From contig OX597834.1 of NCBI GenBank assembly GCA_951406725.2, forward strand, positions 10,106,001-10,170,000: a stretch of 64,000 bases of DNA, given 5' to 3'. The notes below the pieces were generated by a model that was given only the letters and a program-made list of their open reading frames with translations, made no database searches and was not told the origin of the DNA. The DNA comes from Octopus vulgaris (Eukaryota). Positions 27,344-41,486 of the stretch are shown here, piece by piece; the first letter of the stretch is position 1, and every line of letters begins with the position of its first letter. The translations under genes were made by a program, and so were the position numbers.

Positions 27344-28037
27344 CTAGAAAATAATGTTAGGAATACTATTTCTTGTCAGGTCGTTTTCCTGTACTTTAAG
27401 TCCGTACAACATTCCCAGTGTTTTTATTATATCAATGGTGGGTTCGTATGCGAGCGATTTTGCTTGTTTAGTTTAAATTTGCCGATTACGAGCATTTAGA
27501 GTAGGTTTGGTATGTTAATGTACATCCACGTTTATTTTATCGTAAGTATTACAGGATATCTTGTTGCCATGTGGTGTATTGTCTCTGGAAAAGCTCCCCG
27601 TGGCTTGTATCTTTGCGCGATTTATGGATATACCTTTCTATGTGTCTAGTAACGAGAGTCTTTTCCTGTTTCGCAACAGTTTATGCATTTTCTACTGCTC
27701 CCAGAGCGGATTTGTGCTTCCAGGTCTTAGATAAAGAGTAATTTACTGACATTCAATTCATTTGATTATTGCACATGTACAGAGAAACCATTAATATTGT
27801 TTGTTGCTGTTGTGTTTTGAGTACTATCGCCTTTCCTGATGCATTAAGGTTAGACTTCCTTGTTCCGATGCTAAATGGAGTCTTGTGAGAGATCATTGCG
27901 GACGTATCTGATTAAAGTTTCTGTATTACATTCATCGAGACCACACAGGGTGTCTGCTTGTAAGTTGTAAAGATATTGGGTAACATTAATGAATACCTTC
28001 TTACATTACTCTCTCTTTCTATATATATATATATATG

Positions 28038-28137
<100 letters not shown>

Positions 28138-28144
28138 TAGATAT

Positions 28145-28183
<39 letters not shown>

Positions 28184-28294
28184 TATAGATAGAGAGAGAG
28201 AGAGATATATAGATAAAGAGAGAGAGAGAGAGAGAGATATAGATAGATAGAGAGAGAGAGATAGAGATAAAGAGAGAGATATAGAGATATATAG

Positions 28295-28332
<38 letters not shown>

Positions 28333-28378
28333 AAAGAGAGAGAGAGAGATATATAGATAAAGAGAGAGAGAGAGAGAG

Positions 28379-28418
<40 letters not shown>

Positions 28419-28891
28419 TCGACCACTACTGCACAGTTACTGGCTGTCAGAAATATATGTTGTATTGTTAATAGATTTCTCGTAATTCCGCCTATGAAAT
28501 TTACTTCTTCCACATCCTAGTAAAAAACTGAAGCCATACATTATTTTATACCATTTGCCATAAAGGCAGTACACAGACAGAAGCTTCCGGGCTGGACACG
28601 GACATTAATGGGATGAATGATAATGATACAAGGATGATAAGGATGGGAGAAGAGAGAAAGTGCCCGCCAACCCTCTGCTTCCGTATAACGTTCTTTAAAA
28701 AAAACGTTCTTTTAAACGTTCTTTTATAACGTTCTTTAAAAAAAAACAAACACTGAATGAGGTATTAACCCTCTTACAATTTTATAAAAAGTTCATTACA
28801 AATGCTGACCGATACTGCAAATTTATTGATGGTGCCGACAGTCCACTAGCTATTGAGATGAGGTTTTAATATTCTTGAGGCAGACATTAAT

Positions 28892-29105
28892 GCGGCGAGG
28901 TGGCAGAATTGTTAGTAAGCCGAGCAACATGCTTAGCGGTATTTTGTCCGTCTTTATGTTCTAAGTTCAAATTCGGCTGAGGTCGACATTGTCTTTCATC
29001 CTTTTAGTGTCGATAAAATAACTACCATTTGAGTAGCGATAATCGAGGTAAACGATTGACTCTTCTCCTGGACTTGCTGGACTCATGCCAAAATTTGAAA
29101 GCAAT
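28892..29105 (+). mobile_element. Diverged SINE family B
   Basis: Degenerate family match. Confidence 0.75.
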
Positions 29106-29710
29106 GTTTTGGGGCAGACAAATTTCTATTTAAGCTTATTTAAACTACGTACTCAATTACACATACACTCACCCTGGACCACTTATTTGTACAAGACTGG
29201 TGTACGTATCTTCTGCATTATCTGCCCATCCCTGCATCCCAAATCATTTGCCTCACCGGTTAATCTGCCTCGTTTTATTCTCGTTTTGTTTTTCTTTAAA
29301 CTTCTTCAGAGCAAAGAGCCATTTAAAATTGATAAAAAAAATTTGCTTGATTATAGTAAAAAAAACTCTCAAGATGGTGCTTCTTTGCAGCTAGTAGGCA
29401 TTATTTATTTGCATTTAATATTATGTTTAGCAGGTTTTATTTTTAAAATGCTGGTTGGTTCCAACCTACATTCTTAGGCAAAACGTATTTAATTTTACCA
29501 TCATATTTTTTAAATGGCCCGAGATAAAAACCAAAACCCAATTAACAAAATTATTCTAAAAAAGATATCAAGGAAATAGACGTTAAAATAAACCAAAATA
29601 CATACTGCCAACTAAAGAACAAATAAAAGTTACAAGATTAAAAAGAAATAAATTTACTGTGTCATATAACTTCTGAACTTTAAGCAAGCATCGTGAAGTC
29701 TACTCGTAGG

Positions 29711-30099
29711 TGTGGAGGCGCAATGGTCCTGTGGTTAGGGCAGCGGACTCGCGGTCGGAGGATCGCGGTTTCGATTCCCAGACCGGGCGTTGTGAGTGTT
29801 TATTGAGCGAAAACACCTAAAAGTTCCACGAGGCTTCGGCAGGGGATGGTGGTGATCCCTGCTGTACTCTTTCACCACAACTTTCTCTCACTCTTACTTC
29901 CTGTTTCTGTTGTACCTGTATTTCAAAGGGCCGGCCTTGTCACTCTCTGTGTCACGCTGAATATCCCCGAGAACTACGTTAAAGGTACACGTGTCTGTGG
30001 AGTGCTCAGCCACTTACACGTTAATTTCACGAGCAGGCTGTTCCGTTGATCGGATCAACCGGAACCCTCGTCGTCGTAACCAACGGACTGCTTCCACCC
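29711..30099 (+). mobile_element. SINE family C (tRNA-Arg-like head), full length
   Basis: A box tggtcctgtggtta and B box ggtttcgattccc; TSD actcgtagg (29702-10, 30100-08). Confidence 0.9.
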
Positions 30100-30248
30100 A
30101 CTCGTAGGAATTAATGCGTTGTCAAAAGTTCGCATTGCATCACTGTGGTTTCTGCTGCATGAAACCTTGGGCAAGTATATTCTTCTATATCGCCGGTTGA
30201 TCAATGCCTTCGTAGTCAATTTTGTTAAGGAAACTGTGAGGAGACGTC

Positions 30249-30289
<41 letters not shown>

Positions 30290-30293
<4 letters not shown>

Positions 30294-30475
30294 GGGGTGC
30301 TGAAAAGCTCCTAACTATCGCGAAGAGGCTCAACCTTCCGAGTTCTTTCATAGAACTTAGAAAACTGCAATAAGTACGTGAACCAGATAGAAGAATACGT
30401 TGAATAAAATAATAATTAACTGATCCTCCTGTATTTTCATTCACCCAAAGCCAAGAACTTTTTAGCACTCCCTTG
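30290..30475 (+). mobile_element. Mariner-type internally deleted element nested in a SINE microsatellite
   Basis: TIR tgagggggtgctgaaaagctcc / ccaagaactttttagcactcccttg flanked by TA; internal remnant translating CNKYVNQIEEYVE* resembles the mariner transposase C-terminus. Confidence 0.7.
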
Positions 30476-30517
30476 TACATGTGTGTGTGTCTTTGTGTCT
30501 GTGTTTGTGAGCTCCAT

Positions 30518-30700
30518 CTGTTTCTTTACTACCCACAAGGGGCTAAACATAGAGGGGACAAACAAGAACAAACAAACGGATTAAGTCGATTACATCGACC
30601 CCAGTGTGTAACTGGTACTTAATTTATCGACCCCGAAAGGATGATAGGCAAAGTCGACCTCGGCGGAATTTGAACTCAGAACGTAAGGGCAGACGAACAC
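30518..30700 (-). mobile_element. SINE family B, 5'-truncated
   Basis: Family match. Confidence 0.85.
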
Positions 30701-31366
30701 CATATGCCAACTAGCGTTGTTTTGCTTACCCCCGTAATTTAGACTTTCGTCAGATACCGATTAAAAAAGTTGCAGAACTTAAAAACAAAAACATAAATTC
30801 TAAGGTAGATTTCTTTTGACTTAAATCTTTCAAGATGGTGCCCCAACATGGATGGAACACGATGAGCGAAATGATTAAAAGATGCAAGACAAACGTTAAA
30901 TGATTTCTGCTCGTCAATTTCCAATGCCCACGAATAACTGGATAATTGATATTTTGCTTAGCTATTCTAATTTTGTAAACGATCTGGGTAACGATAAAAC
31001 TAGTATATACTATCACACAAAATGCAATTGTACGCAAACAAATCCTTCACTAATTGAAACAATGCATAGAATTTCTCCTCGCTTTGAACATCTCTCATCT
31101 AGATAAAAATAATGAACCATCTGTACAAGTGCTTCATTAGTTGCAATTCTCAAAACGTGTGTCAATTCCTCTCACTAATCAAATAATTTAACTGTTCGTT
31201 ATTATTATTATAAAGGAAGCCGTAGGGTGAAACAAATGGTACATATGTAACTATCTATCATCATTTTTGAAACACATACACACGCGCGTATATACACATA
31301 TACATACACATATATAAATGCACGTATCCGCACATATATATACATGCACGTATGCATACAAGTATG

Positions 31367-31398
<32 letters not shown>

Positions 31399-31919
31399 TA
31401 TATACTTATAGATGCACATATACAAATGCACATATCCGCACGCATATATACATGCATATATATAGATACAGCCTACATGCATATGCATATACGTTCATGT
31501 GGTGTGCATATACGGAGATGAATAGTTAGATAAGATGCAGTGATATGTAAACAAATGCTCTGTTAACGAGCAAAAGACACTTGGTTTCGATCCCACTGTT
31601 TGGCAACTTGTGTTTTAAGATAGTCTTCGAAAATCCGAAATACTAATACTGCAGTCAAGTGAGATGAAATATGAAAACAGGAAAATATAGATTAAAAATT
31701 CCTCAAGAGTGCAGGGGAAATAAGATTGTAAATCTGATTGCAATAGCGAAATATGGTCGAAGTAGAATTGATTGCGAAATAGCAGCAACAGATAAAGTTC
31801 AAGAAATTGAACGAACAACAGGAACGAAAATGGTTGAACGCTGTGTGAACGCAATCTCAAACCCATTATAGACATACGTTTTGGCACATACGCGTATAAG
31901 TGCGTGTATAAAAGTATGC

Positions 31920-31958
<39 letters not shown>

Positions 31959-32181
31959 GTATAAACATATACACACACTTACAGACACATGCACAAGCAT
32001 ACATACAAACTCCACGAGCAGCTTTGAAATTCTATCCACAAGGATTTTTTCAACACAATATTTACATGCTATTATAAATAGCTTTATGCGTGTGCTTCGA
32101 GATGTTCAATAAAAAGTGGTTTAGATCACGCTCTCTCGAACGTTTTTAAAATTCTTATGACGTCAACAAAACATACATACA

Positions 32182-32216
<35 letters not shown>

Positions 32217-33240
32217 GCGTACAAATACATCAAATACATATATATATATATTGATATGTATGCTGTTGCCTGAGTACCTACATATATATATATGTATACA
32301 TATGTTGCGTGCCTCATATTTTTTTGCAATGCTTTAATATTAAAAATTAATGCCTCACTGAACGCAGATCATATTCTGCTGTTACATTTTTCATATTCCG
32401 CTTGATAAAACTTGATAAAACTTATCAGATATTTTCTTTGTTCTCTTAAGTCTCTTCTTCGAATTCCTATTTTCATTTTATCTTTATTTTATTTATATTG
32501 CTGGGTGGGCAAGGAATCAGATATCCAACATAGAAAGTCTACATTTCTTTCTTAGATACTACAAAACAAACTGCGTAATCTCTCGCTTGTAGACACACGC
32601 ACATAGACTAAAAAATGCCAGATGTATAGAAGAGAGACAGATAGCTTTTTGCACTGTTTCTTCTTAGTCCAAGCCTTAGATAAATATCAAATGTACATCA
32701 ATGATATGTTCTTGGCATCAACTTATTGTTATCTCATGTTCTTCTGTATTAATACTTCTTTCCGTCAGAAAATGGAAATGTGATGAAGAGAGATGCATAG
32801 AGCTGTATTATTACATATATCTCTCTCTCTCTCTCTCGTTGGGTTTCTTACTTTAACATTCAACGTCTCACTCTCCTACTTGTCCTTGCTCTCTCATACA
32901 CGCTCTCCCTCAACATACATAGAGACATGAATACTTATACATACATTCATATATATAATGTGTATGTATATATATGGATGTATATATATGAATATATGTA
33001 TATGTATTATATATACACACATATATATATATGATTGATTGATTATAATCTCTTTAGCATATGTATCTCGAGACACAAATGCACATATACACACAAGACA
33101 TATACATTTTTATGTGTGGGTGTATTTGTGTGTGTATATAAACATGTACATATTTGTACATAATATATATATATATATGTGTGTATACATGTATATATAT
33201 ATGTGTGTGTATACATGTGTATATATGTGTGTGTGTGTGT

Positions 33241-33284
<44 letters not shown>

Positions 33285-33714
33285 ATGTATATATGTATAT
33301 GTGTGTGTGTCTATGTGTTCACAACAAAGATAGCACGCATACAGAAACACACATGCGCACATATATACACACAGACGCACACACACACATCAGCCCATGC
33401 CAGTGAGTAAATATGTGGGTGTGTAGGTATGTGCGTGCCTGTGAGTTTAGAAAATGGTTTAAGATCAATGAGATCTGTGTTCTCACTGATATTTAAACAA
33501 AAAATATAACTTACATTTATTTGCAAGCTGTATAACTTGTAATGATCAACAATATCGATACGGTCATATATTTATCAATAAAAGAATATTTATATGCATT
33601 TATACATAAATATATACATAAATATATATATATATATATATACATAAATATATATATATATTATATATAAACGGCGGTGCATCAGCATGGCCGAAGCTCT
33701 GAGCTGAAACTAAA

Positions 33715-33734
<20 letters not shown>

Positions 33735-33751
<17 letters not shown>

Positions 33752-34262
33752 TACATATATACATACATATATACACATATACATATATACATCTATATAT
33801 ATACGTATATACATATACACATATATTTACACACACATATATATATATATATATATACACATATATATATACATATACACATATATTTACACACACATAT
33901 ATATATATATATACACATATATATATACATATACACATATATATATATATACATATACACATACATATATATATATATATACACATACATATATATATAT
34001 ATATATACACATACATATATATATATATACACATACATATATATATATATACACATACATATATATATACAGATACATATATATATATATACACATATAT
34101 ATAAATATATATATACACATATATACACATATATATACATATATACACATATATATACATATATATATATACACATACATATATATATACACATATATAT
34201 ATATATATATATACACATACATATATATATACACATACATATATATATACATATACATATAC

Positions 34263-34294
<32 letters not shown>

Positions 34295-34573
34295 ATATAT
34301 ACATATATACACACATATATATATATATATACATACATATATATATACACATATATATATACACATATATACACATATATATACATATATATATATATAC
34401 ATATATATATATACACATATATACACACATATATACATATATATATATACACACTCATATATATATATATTACACATACGTATATATATATATTTATATG
34501 CATATATACACACACGTACACACATATATAAACGCATATATGTGTGCGTGTGCCTCTGTGTGTGTGTGTGAGT

Positions 34574-34622
<49 letters not shown>
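33735..34622. repeat. Compound (TA)n/(CA)n microsatellite
   Basis: Directly visible; comparable tracts at 1-215, 2520-2950, 15080-15600, 22715-23165, 28020-28415, 52150-52500, 58545-58810. Confidence 0.95.
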
Positions 34623-34623
<1 letters not shown>

Positions 34624-34931
34624 ATATGAAGGTTTCTACTTCAGCATGTGTGCCTAGAGATTTGAACACTCGTGATTATGCGAGCAAAATCTTCTTACCG
34701 AAATACTGAATATACAAATCTACTAAGTTCTGAATCTGTAAAGCAAAAAATTATTCCCAGTTTCATCAAAACATACGTGTGTGTGTGTGTTTGGGGGGTT
34801 GTAACTGTATTGTATGTAAACCTGCTCTATATACTCAGGTTTAATGTGTGTGTGTGTATTTAGAGACAGAGAGGTGGATGAGAAAGGTCCGTAATTAAAA
34901 GTGGAGAAACAGATGCATAGATAGATAGATA

Positions 34932-35195
34932 GATTTCTTTATTGGCCACGCAGGGCTGCACACAGAAGGGACAAAATACAAAGTAGAGCTTTTCTTTTTG
35001 AGAAGAAGTGAAGGGAAAAAAAACGGTCGGATTCCGATCAAATGGGATAGTGAAACAAAAAAGTGCGGACGATCGATAGGCATCGTGTATCACAGAAATG
35101 TCAATGTAAAAGGGAAAATAGATTAGGTTTGTCCGTGGATAGAAAAGCCTACGGAAAAGACCACGGAAACCTTGGGCAACAGTGTCATGCAAAAA
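34932..35195 (-). mobile_element. Putative LINE 3' UTR inserted in (GATA)n
   Basis: Ends ...gccctgcgtggccAATAAAgaaa-(TCTA)n on the minus strand; second copy at 35468-35590. Confidence 0.55.
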
Positions 35196-35430
35196 GAGAA
35201 CACCTTACAATAAGTGGCTCTCTTTTTTTCCTAGAGAGATAGGTAGATAGATAGATAGGTAGGTAGGTAGGTAGGTTTATTATTCTTACACAAGAATGTT
35301 GTTGACAGAGTATAAAAATAATAAACTTGTACTCTACAAATATATAGAGTAACCCATCAGATAAACGTGAAATGATTTTTTACTATATCTGAACATAAAA
35401 CAATCATTAATATAGATAGACAGAGAGCTT

Positions 35431-35467
<37 letters not shown>

Positions 35468-35590
35468 GTTTCTTTATTGGCCACACAGGGCTGCACACAG
35501 ATGGGACAAGTTACAAGGTAGAGCTTTTCTTTTGGGGGATGAAAAAAACAAATGGTGGCGTAGGTTTTCGATCAAAAGGGATCGTAAAAG
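35468..35590 (-). mobile_element. Putative LINE 3' UTR, copy 2
   Basis: Similar to 34932-35050 and again abutting (GATA)n. Confidence 0.55.
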
Positions 35591-35984
35591 GGAAAAAAAA
35601 AACAAAAAAGAAAAAAACAGAAAAAAAAGAAAAGAAGGAAAAGGAACAAAAGAAAAGAGAAATGAAAAAAAGAAGAAAAAATGGGAAGATAGGTAGATAG
35701 ATAGATAGATAGATAGATAGACAGAGTTAGACAGACAGATCGATAGACTGACTTACTAACTCATAGTTGATGTTGATGTTTCTCCCTGGCGGGAAATCGG
35801 GTTTCCGAGTTTTAGCATGTTCTTGAAATCCGAGTTGAATACTGGATGATAGGTGAATGAGAAGGTAAGGAATACAGCCTGACCGTCAAAAAAAAGAAAA
35901 GGCAAAAAACTATAAATAAAACCTACTACACATTCACTCTTTTTCTTAGTGGCATTCAAAGACAGAGACAGACAGGTAAGTAGA

Positions 35985-36299
35985 TTGGTAGATAGACAGA
36001 CACACAGATAGATAGAGAGGAGGAGAGATAGATAGATAGATAGAGAGAGAAGTGGAGAGATAGATAGACAGACAGAGAGAGAGGAGGACAGATAGATAGA
36101 TAGGTAAATAGATAGAGAGGAGGAGAGATAAATAGATAGACAGATAGATAGATAGATAGATAGATAGAGAGGAGGAGAGATAGATGGATAGACAGATAGG
36201 AGGAGAGATAGATAGACAGAGAGGAGGAGAGATAGATAGACAGACAGAGAGGAGGACAGATAGATAGATAGGTAGATAGATAGAGAGGAGGAGAGATAA

Positions 36300-36332
<33 letters not shown>

Positions 36333-36745
36333 GAGGAGGAGAGATAGATGGATAGACAGATAGGAGGAGAGATAGATAGACATAGAGGAGGAGAGATAGA
36401 TAGACAGACAGAGAGGAGGAGAGATAGATAGATAGGTAAATAGATAGAGAGGAGGAGAGATAAATAGATAGACAGATAGATAGATAGATAGATAGAGAGG
36501 AGGAGAGATAGATGGATAGACAGATAGAGAGGAGGACAGATAGATAGATAGACAGACAGATAAATAGGTGGAGAGGAGGAGAGATAGATAGACAGATAGA
36601 GGAAGAGAGATAGATACAGACAGATATATAGAGAGAGGAGGAGAGATAGAGAAATAGACAGATTGATAGAGAGAGAGAGAGAGAGAGATGGATAGACAGA
36701 TAGATAGAGAGGAGGAGAGATAGACAGACAGACAAACAGACAGAT
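35985..36745. repeat. Higher-order purine-rich satellite: GAGAGGAGGAGA units separated by (GATA/GACA)n
   Basis: Directly visible; roughly 20 units. Confidence 0.95.
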
Positions 36746-37520
36746 TGACGTTACACAGCTGTTCCACATTCGAGCAATGTGATATAGAAACTTATGCGCA
36801 AACACTGGACATAATAGAGGACTTTAAACAAACATAATACGTTAACTATTCTACAACTTCCATAAGATTTCGGTCCTCTGTACTATCTGTAAATTTCTTA
36901 GACAGTTTTGAGTGCAAAATATCGCAAAATACGATCTTTGTCGTTTTCGATTTTTGGATCAATATCTTGTTGTGTTTGGTCTCTTACAATTAAATACATA
37001 AAATGAATACAACAGAAAGATTCAGTGAATCATTGAAATTTTCTTCGTCTTCTTTTTCCTATATTTTTATAGTTTCATTATTCCTATATAATATCGCACA
37101 CAATATCTTATACATATATATTCTTTTCATCTGAATTTTGACATTTTTCTCTTTACCACATGCTTTTGAATTGCTCCGTTCCATAATCATTCGATATTTC
37201 CTTTTATCTGTTGGAATATGCGACAATGTGTGTCGATGTTCATGGGTGTGTGTGTATATAGGTTTACATATATGTGCGTGTCTGTGCGCGTGTGTGTATG
37301 GACATATATATATATGTATGCATGTATATATATGTGTATGTATGTATATATATATATATATATGCGTGTTGTGCCAGGAGATTGATGAAGCAGTTTCACC
37401 GGCACATAATTTGAAATCTTCTCAACAATTGTGCTCTGACAATTGGCCATATTATATGAATTCTTCTCCGCTTGTATAAAAGTTTGAATGTATGCTTTTA
37501 TGCATGTACGTACGTGTATC

Positions 37521-37566
<46 letters not shown>

Positions 37567-37884
37567 GTATGTATGTATATCATATATATGCCCTAGAGCA
37601 TTATCTGGTTAGCCTGACATTTAACATTTATTGTTCGAAAGTAATATACAAGCTTTAGAATAAAGGCTGTGACAATGTACCGTACAAACATTCCTGGTTC
37701 CTGACTTCACAATCCTTACATTATTGGTTGTACATTCAGATAGGGACATCAAATTGGCCGTGGAACAGTCATTGCCAAAGTAGTGACCAGAGTTATTAAA
37801 ATATCCGATCGTCTAAAATCTATTGGTAACCAAAGAAGTGAATTTTCATAGGGGTTAATTGAAATAATCTACCTTTACGTGTAT

Positions 37885-38430
37885 GAAATAAGACGACAGA
37901 TAGTACTAGGCAGAGAGGCAATGGTCAACATGAGCACGGTCTGGAAGTGTAGAGACATCAGACTCGCTACCAAATGCAGATTGGTGAATGCAATTGTCTT
38001 CCCAATAGCAACATCTGGATGCGAGACCTGGACACTAAAGAAAGCTGACCAGAAGAGAATTAATGCATTCGAGCTTTGGTGTTGGAGAAGACTTTTACGG
38101 ATTCTATGGACAGCGAGGCTCACCAATAGAGAAGTTCTTAAGCAGATCAGGCCCAAAATGTCGCTAGAAGCTAGGATCACCAAGCATAGATTGGCATATT
38201 TCGGTCATATTATGCGGAGAAAATCCCTGGAGAAGGACATCATGCTCGGAATGGTCAGTGGCAAGAGAGGGAGAAGCCGACCAAGAACCCGCTAGCTGAC
38301 ACCATCAAGAGTGATACCGGAATGGACATAGCGAATCTGAAAGAAGCGGCCCAGGATAGAACTGGCTGGTGGACACTGATCCAACGAGTAATCGAGAGTC
38401 GACTTCGACTGAGCGGGTAGATAGATTGAT
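37885..38430 (+). mobile_element. 5'-truncated RTE (BovB-like) LINE 3' end
   Basis: GCETWTLKKAD..INAFELWCWRRLLRI.W...YFGHIMRR..LEKDIMLG...GKR.R.RPR; (TAGA)n tail. Confidence 0.9.
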
Positions 38431-40504
38431 GTCTATGAATCACGAATCTTACCAAATATATGTCCATGCCTTTTGACGCTGTAATATTTATTTGGTCGAC
38501 TGTTGCTTGAAGTTACTGTCTTAAACACCTAAAATTGTCCACAAGTCATCCCTACAATTGATAACCATATTTTTTTTTTCTGAAATATGGTCAGAAATCT
38601 AAACGTAAACAGTGGTGATAAAACTACTAATGAACATAAGATACCGTAAATGAGATTGGATTCCTAATGCGGCCACCACTCTTGACGCAAGAGCCAGTTA
38701 TCGGAATAGGCTGATCATCAGACAATACGCCGGCTGTTCTGCCCCACTGGATATAAATCCAGTTGTGGTCAAATATACTTGTCATCCTAGACAAGTACTT
38801 GAGTGGCTGTCAAGTACTGTGGTCAGTTTATTGGATTCCACTAGTCACATGCTTAAATTAGGATAAATTACTTTTTTTATATTTTATAAGCTGTTGTTTT
38901 TGTTGTTGTTTGGTTGTTAGCTGGAAACGTCTATTTTTCTTTTTATTCATCTTTGCATATTAATTGCTTATGTTTACAACGAAATAAACTTTCGTGTTTA
39001 AAGAATTTTTACTATAGAAACTATATCCCTGAAGAACAAGTAATAAGAACTATACAAGAGGTGAAATGGATGAGAGGATAAACTATTCTATAGCTTGCTG
39101 CAAAGTCCAAATCTGTTATTTTTCGTTATATCTCTGGACAGAACATATTATCTTTTAGTTCGCCTCATTTCATTTGCCAGTCGGAAAAATTAGCCTCGGT
39201 ACTTCTGGGAATATTTCTGTAGATAGACTGGCGTCCTATCAAAATGGCGATATATTACTTATCTGGAAACAGCTAGAGCTGAGTGTCGTCTTTTAAAAGT
39301 CCTCCAGTGAATCAGAATGAAAATAAATTTCACAGTCGAACTTCACCCCCATCCTTATCCATTTGTTATTTATATCTTTGTCTGGAGGTCTATTTATGAG
39401 TACTTAAATATATTTGCTATGTATGTATGCATGTATGTATGTATGTATTATAACTGTATGTATATGTGCATGTTTGTGTGTACATGTATATTTCCCAGTA
39501 TCAACAATTCACCAAATTCTTAAACATATATGATGGTTATATCAGAAATATTGCGAATAGTTATCACACTGCCGAACTATATAATAACCGAAGCCTGTAG
39601 CATCTATTTGATTTAAGAAGTATAAAATATCAGTTTATCTCTGTTCGAATTTCATTGCGTGGTGCCATTGCATATGAAAACTCTAGGATCGATAAAATAA
39701 GTTCCTGTAATTAATATATTGATTGATATTGACTTAAGCAACTTTAATACTGATTGGTTTTTCAGTGAAGTGGATTTAATGGTTGTCAGTGCAAATATCT
39801 TTATTGCTAAAGAGGAAACAATTTTAAATTTATATATTTGTTTCTCTGAAATATAAAAGGGAGCTATTGTTTAATAATGGATATGCGAGTGTTAAGTTGC
39901 TGATTCGGTTTGTATTTGTATTATATCCGCTTTCAATGACATTATGAGCTAGCATTATGCTGGTCGAGATTCTATCCGTTGTACAACGATTGCTGACAGA
40001 ATTGCTTTTCTGCTTAGTGAGAAGCAATAAGTGTTCACTTCCGTTTCCTCTTTATACACTGTTTGAACACAACTTTCTGTAATTGTCTGGAAATATATTT
40101 CTAACTGAATGCCTTTGTTATATTCAACGGTTATATTTCAATGTAACAATTACACGATATCAACTGGGCTCTCATTTTCATGTCTGTGATTTGCCGACTT
40201 ATATCCCTTCGCCCTCTTTGATATTATCACCGGCAAGGATATAATTTGCATAAAATCTTCAGACTGCCCCGAGCGGTGTTGTGGTTATCAGGTGGTACTA
40301 CAAATCACTAAAAGCGAGGAAGCCTTCATTCGGTTGCTCACCGTGCAAAGGGGGAAAGATAGCAACGGGATCACCTGAAACACCCGACTCTACCCCACGA
40401 TCCCTGCAGGAAATGCGTCATTGTATAAAGTAGGGGCTCTCATAGTAAAATAGTCTTTAGTCGTGGAGGGTTTGTTTGATCGGAACATATTTCGGTCTAG
40501 AAGC

Positions 40505-41050
40505 AACTACCTCTGCAACTACTACTACTACTATTATTGCTGGTACTGTTGCTGCTACTACTGTTACTACTACTACTACTACTACTACTACTGTTACTAC
40601 TACTACTACTACTACCACTACCACTGTTACTACTAATACTACTGTTACTACTGCTGCTACTACTAATACTAATACTGCTACTACTAATACTACTACTACC
40701 ACTACTACAGTTGCTGCTGTATACTGCTACTAATGCTGTAGCTGCTGCTGGTTTTTGCCACTTCTACGATAACCACTATTACTATTACTACTGCTATTAA
40801 TACCACTACTACTACTGCCACTACAGCTACTACTGCTGCGCCTGTTGCTGCTGTTTGTTTTTGCCATTACTACAAAAACTACTACTACAACTATTATTGC
40901 TGCTACTGTTGCTATTACTACTTCTGCTGTTACGGCTGCTACTAATTACTACTACTGTTTTACCACTCCTACTATAAACACTACTACTACTTTTACTATT
41001 ATTTTTCCTACTACTGGTACTACTACTACTACTACAACAACAACATACTG
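40505..41050. repeat. Degenerate (ACT/GCT)n trinucleotide tract
   Basis: Directly visible. Confidence 0.95.
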
Positions 41051-41486
41051 GTTGTAGATTTAGTAGGAGACCAATCGTTTTAATCGATGACTGTTGTTCA
41101 ACGAGAAACACGTTGGTTCAAATAGATTCCAGTCTGACTTACAAGAAAGCAACACAAAGTTAATGTATATTTTCACGAATCATTACCTGAAGACAAAATT
41201 TTAAATAGTTCTTCTATGTTCGTCTAGATAATGGACTATTACTTACTGACAATCAATAACCGTATGAAGTGATGAAGTTAACAGAGTTGATGCGACGTTA
41301 CATTGCCCGCTGAAATATAGTTTTAATTTTTATATAGATACGAACGGCAATAAGTTGTGACCTTGTACAAGACAAGAAGCACTCTAAAAACTGAGTGTCT
41401 CTTTGACTGGTGGAGAACAATTATTGTTTTTAGTGTTGTATAGCTCTGGGTTAGTTTCCATCAAATGTAATAAGTACGGCATAGAA

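Noticed and set aside
27345-27990. Possible decayed LINE coding remnant (likewise 19035-19558)
   Set aside because: Composition suggests old repeats, but no motif could be identified with confidence.
33600-34669. Long Tyr/Ile/His/Val-rich ORFs here and at 2538, 15230, 24896, 52122 and elsewhere
   Set aside because: Translations of (TA)n/(CA)n microsatellites that happen to lack stop codons; not genes.
35756-36805. 349-aa Leu/Ser/Ile/Tyr-rich ORF
   Set aside because: Reading through the (TCTA)n/(CCT) satellite.
40476-40733. Poly-Thr mucin-like ORF
   Set aside because: Trinucleotide repeat without convincing splice or coding context.
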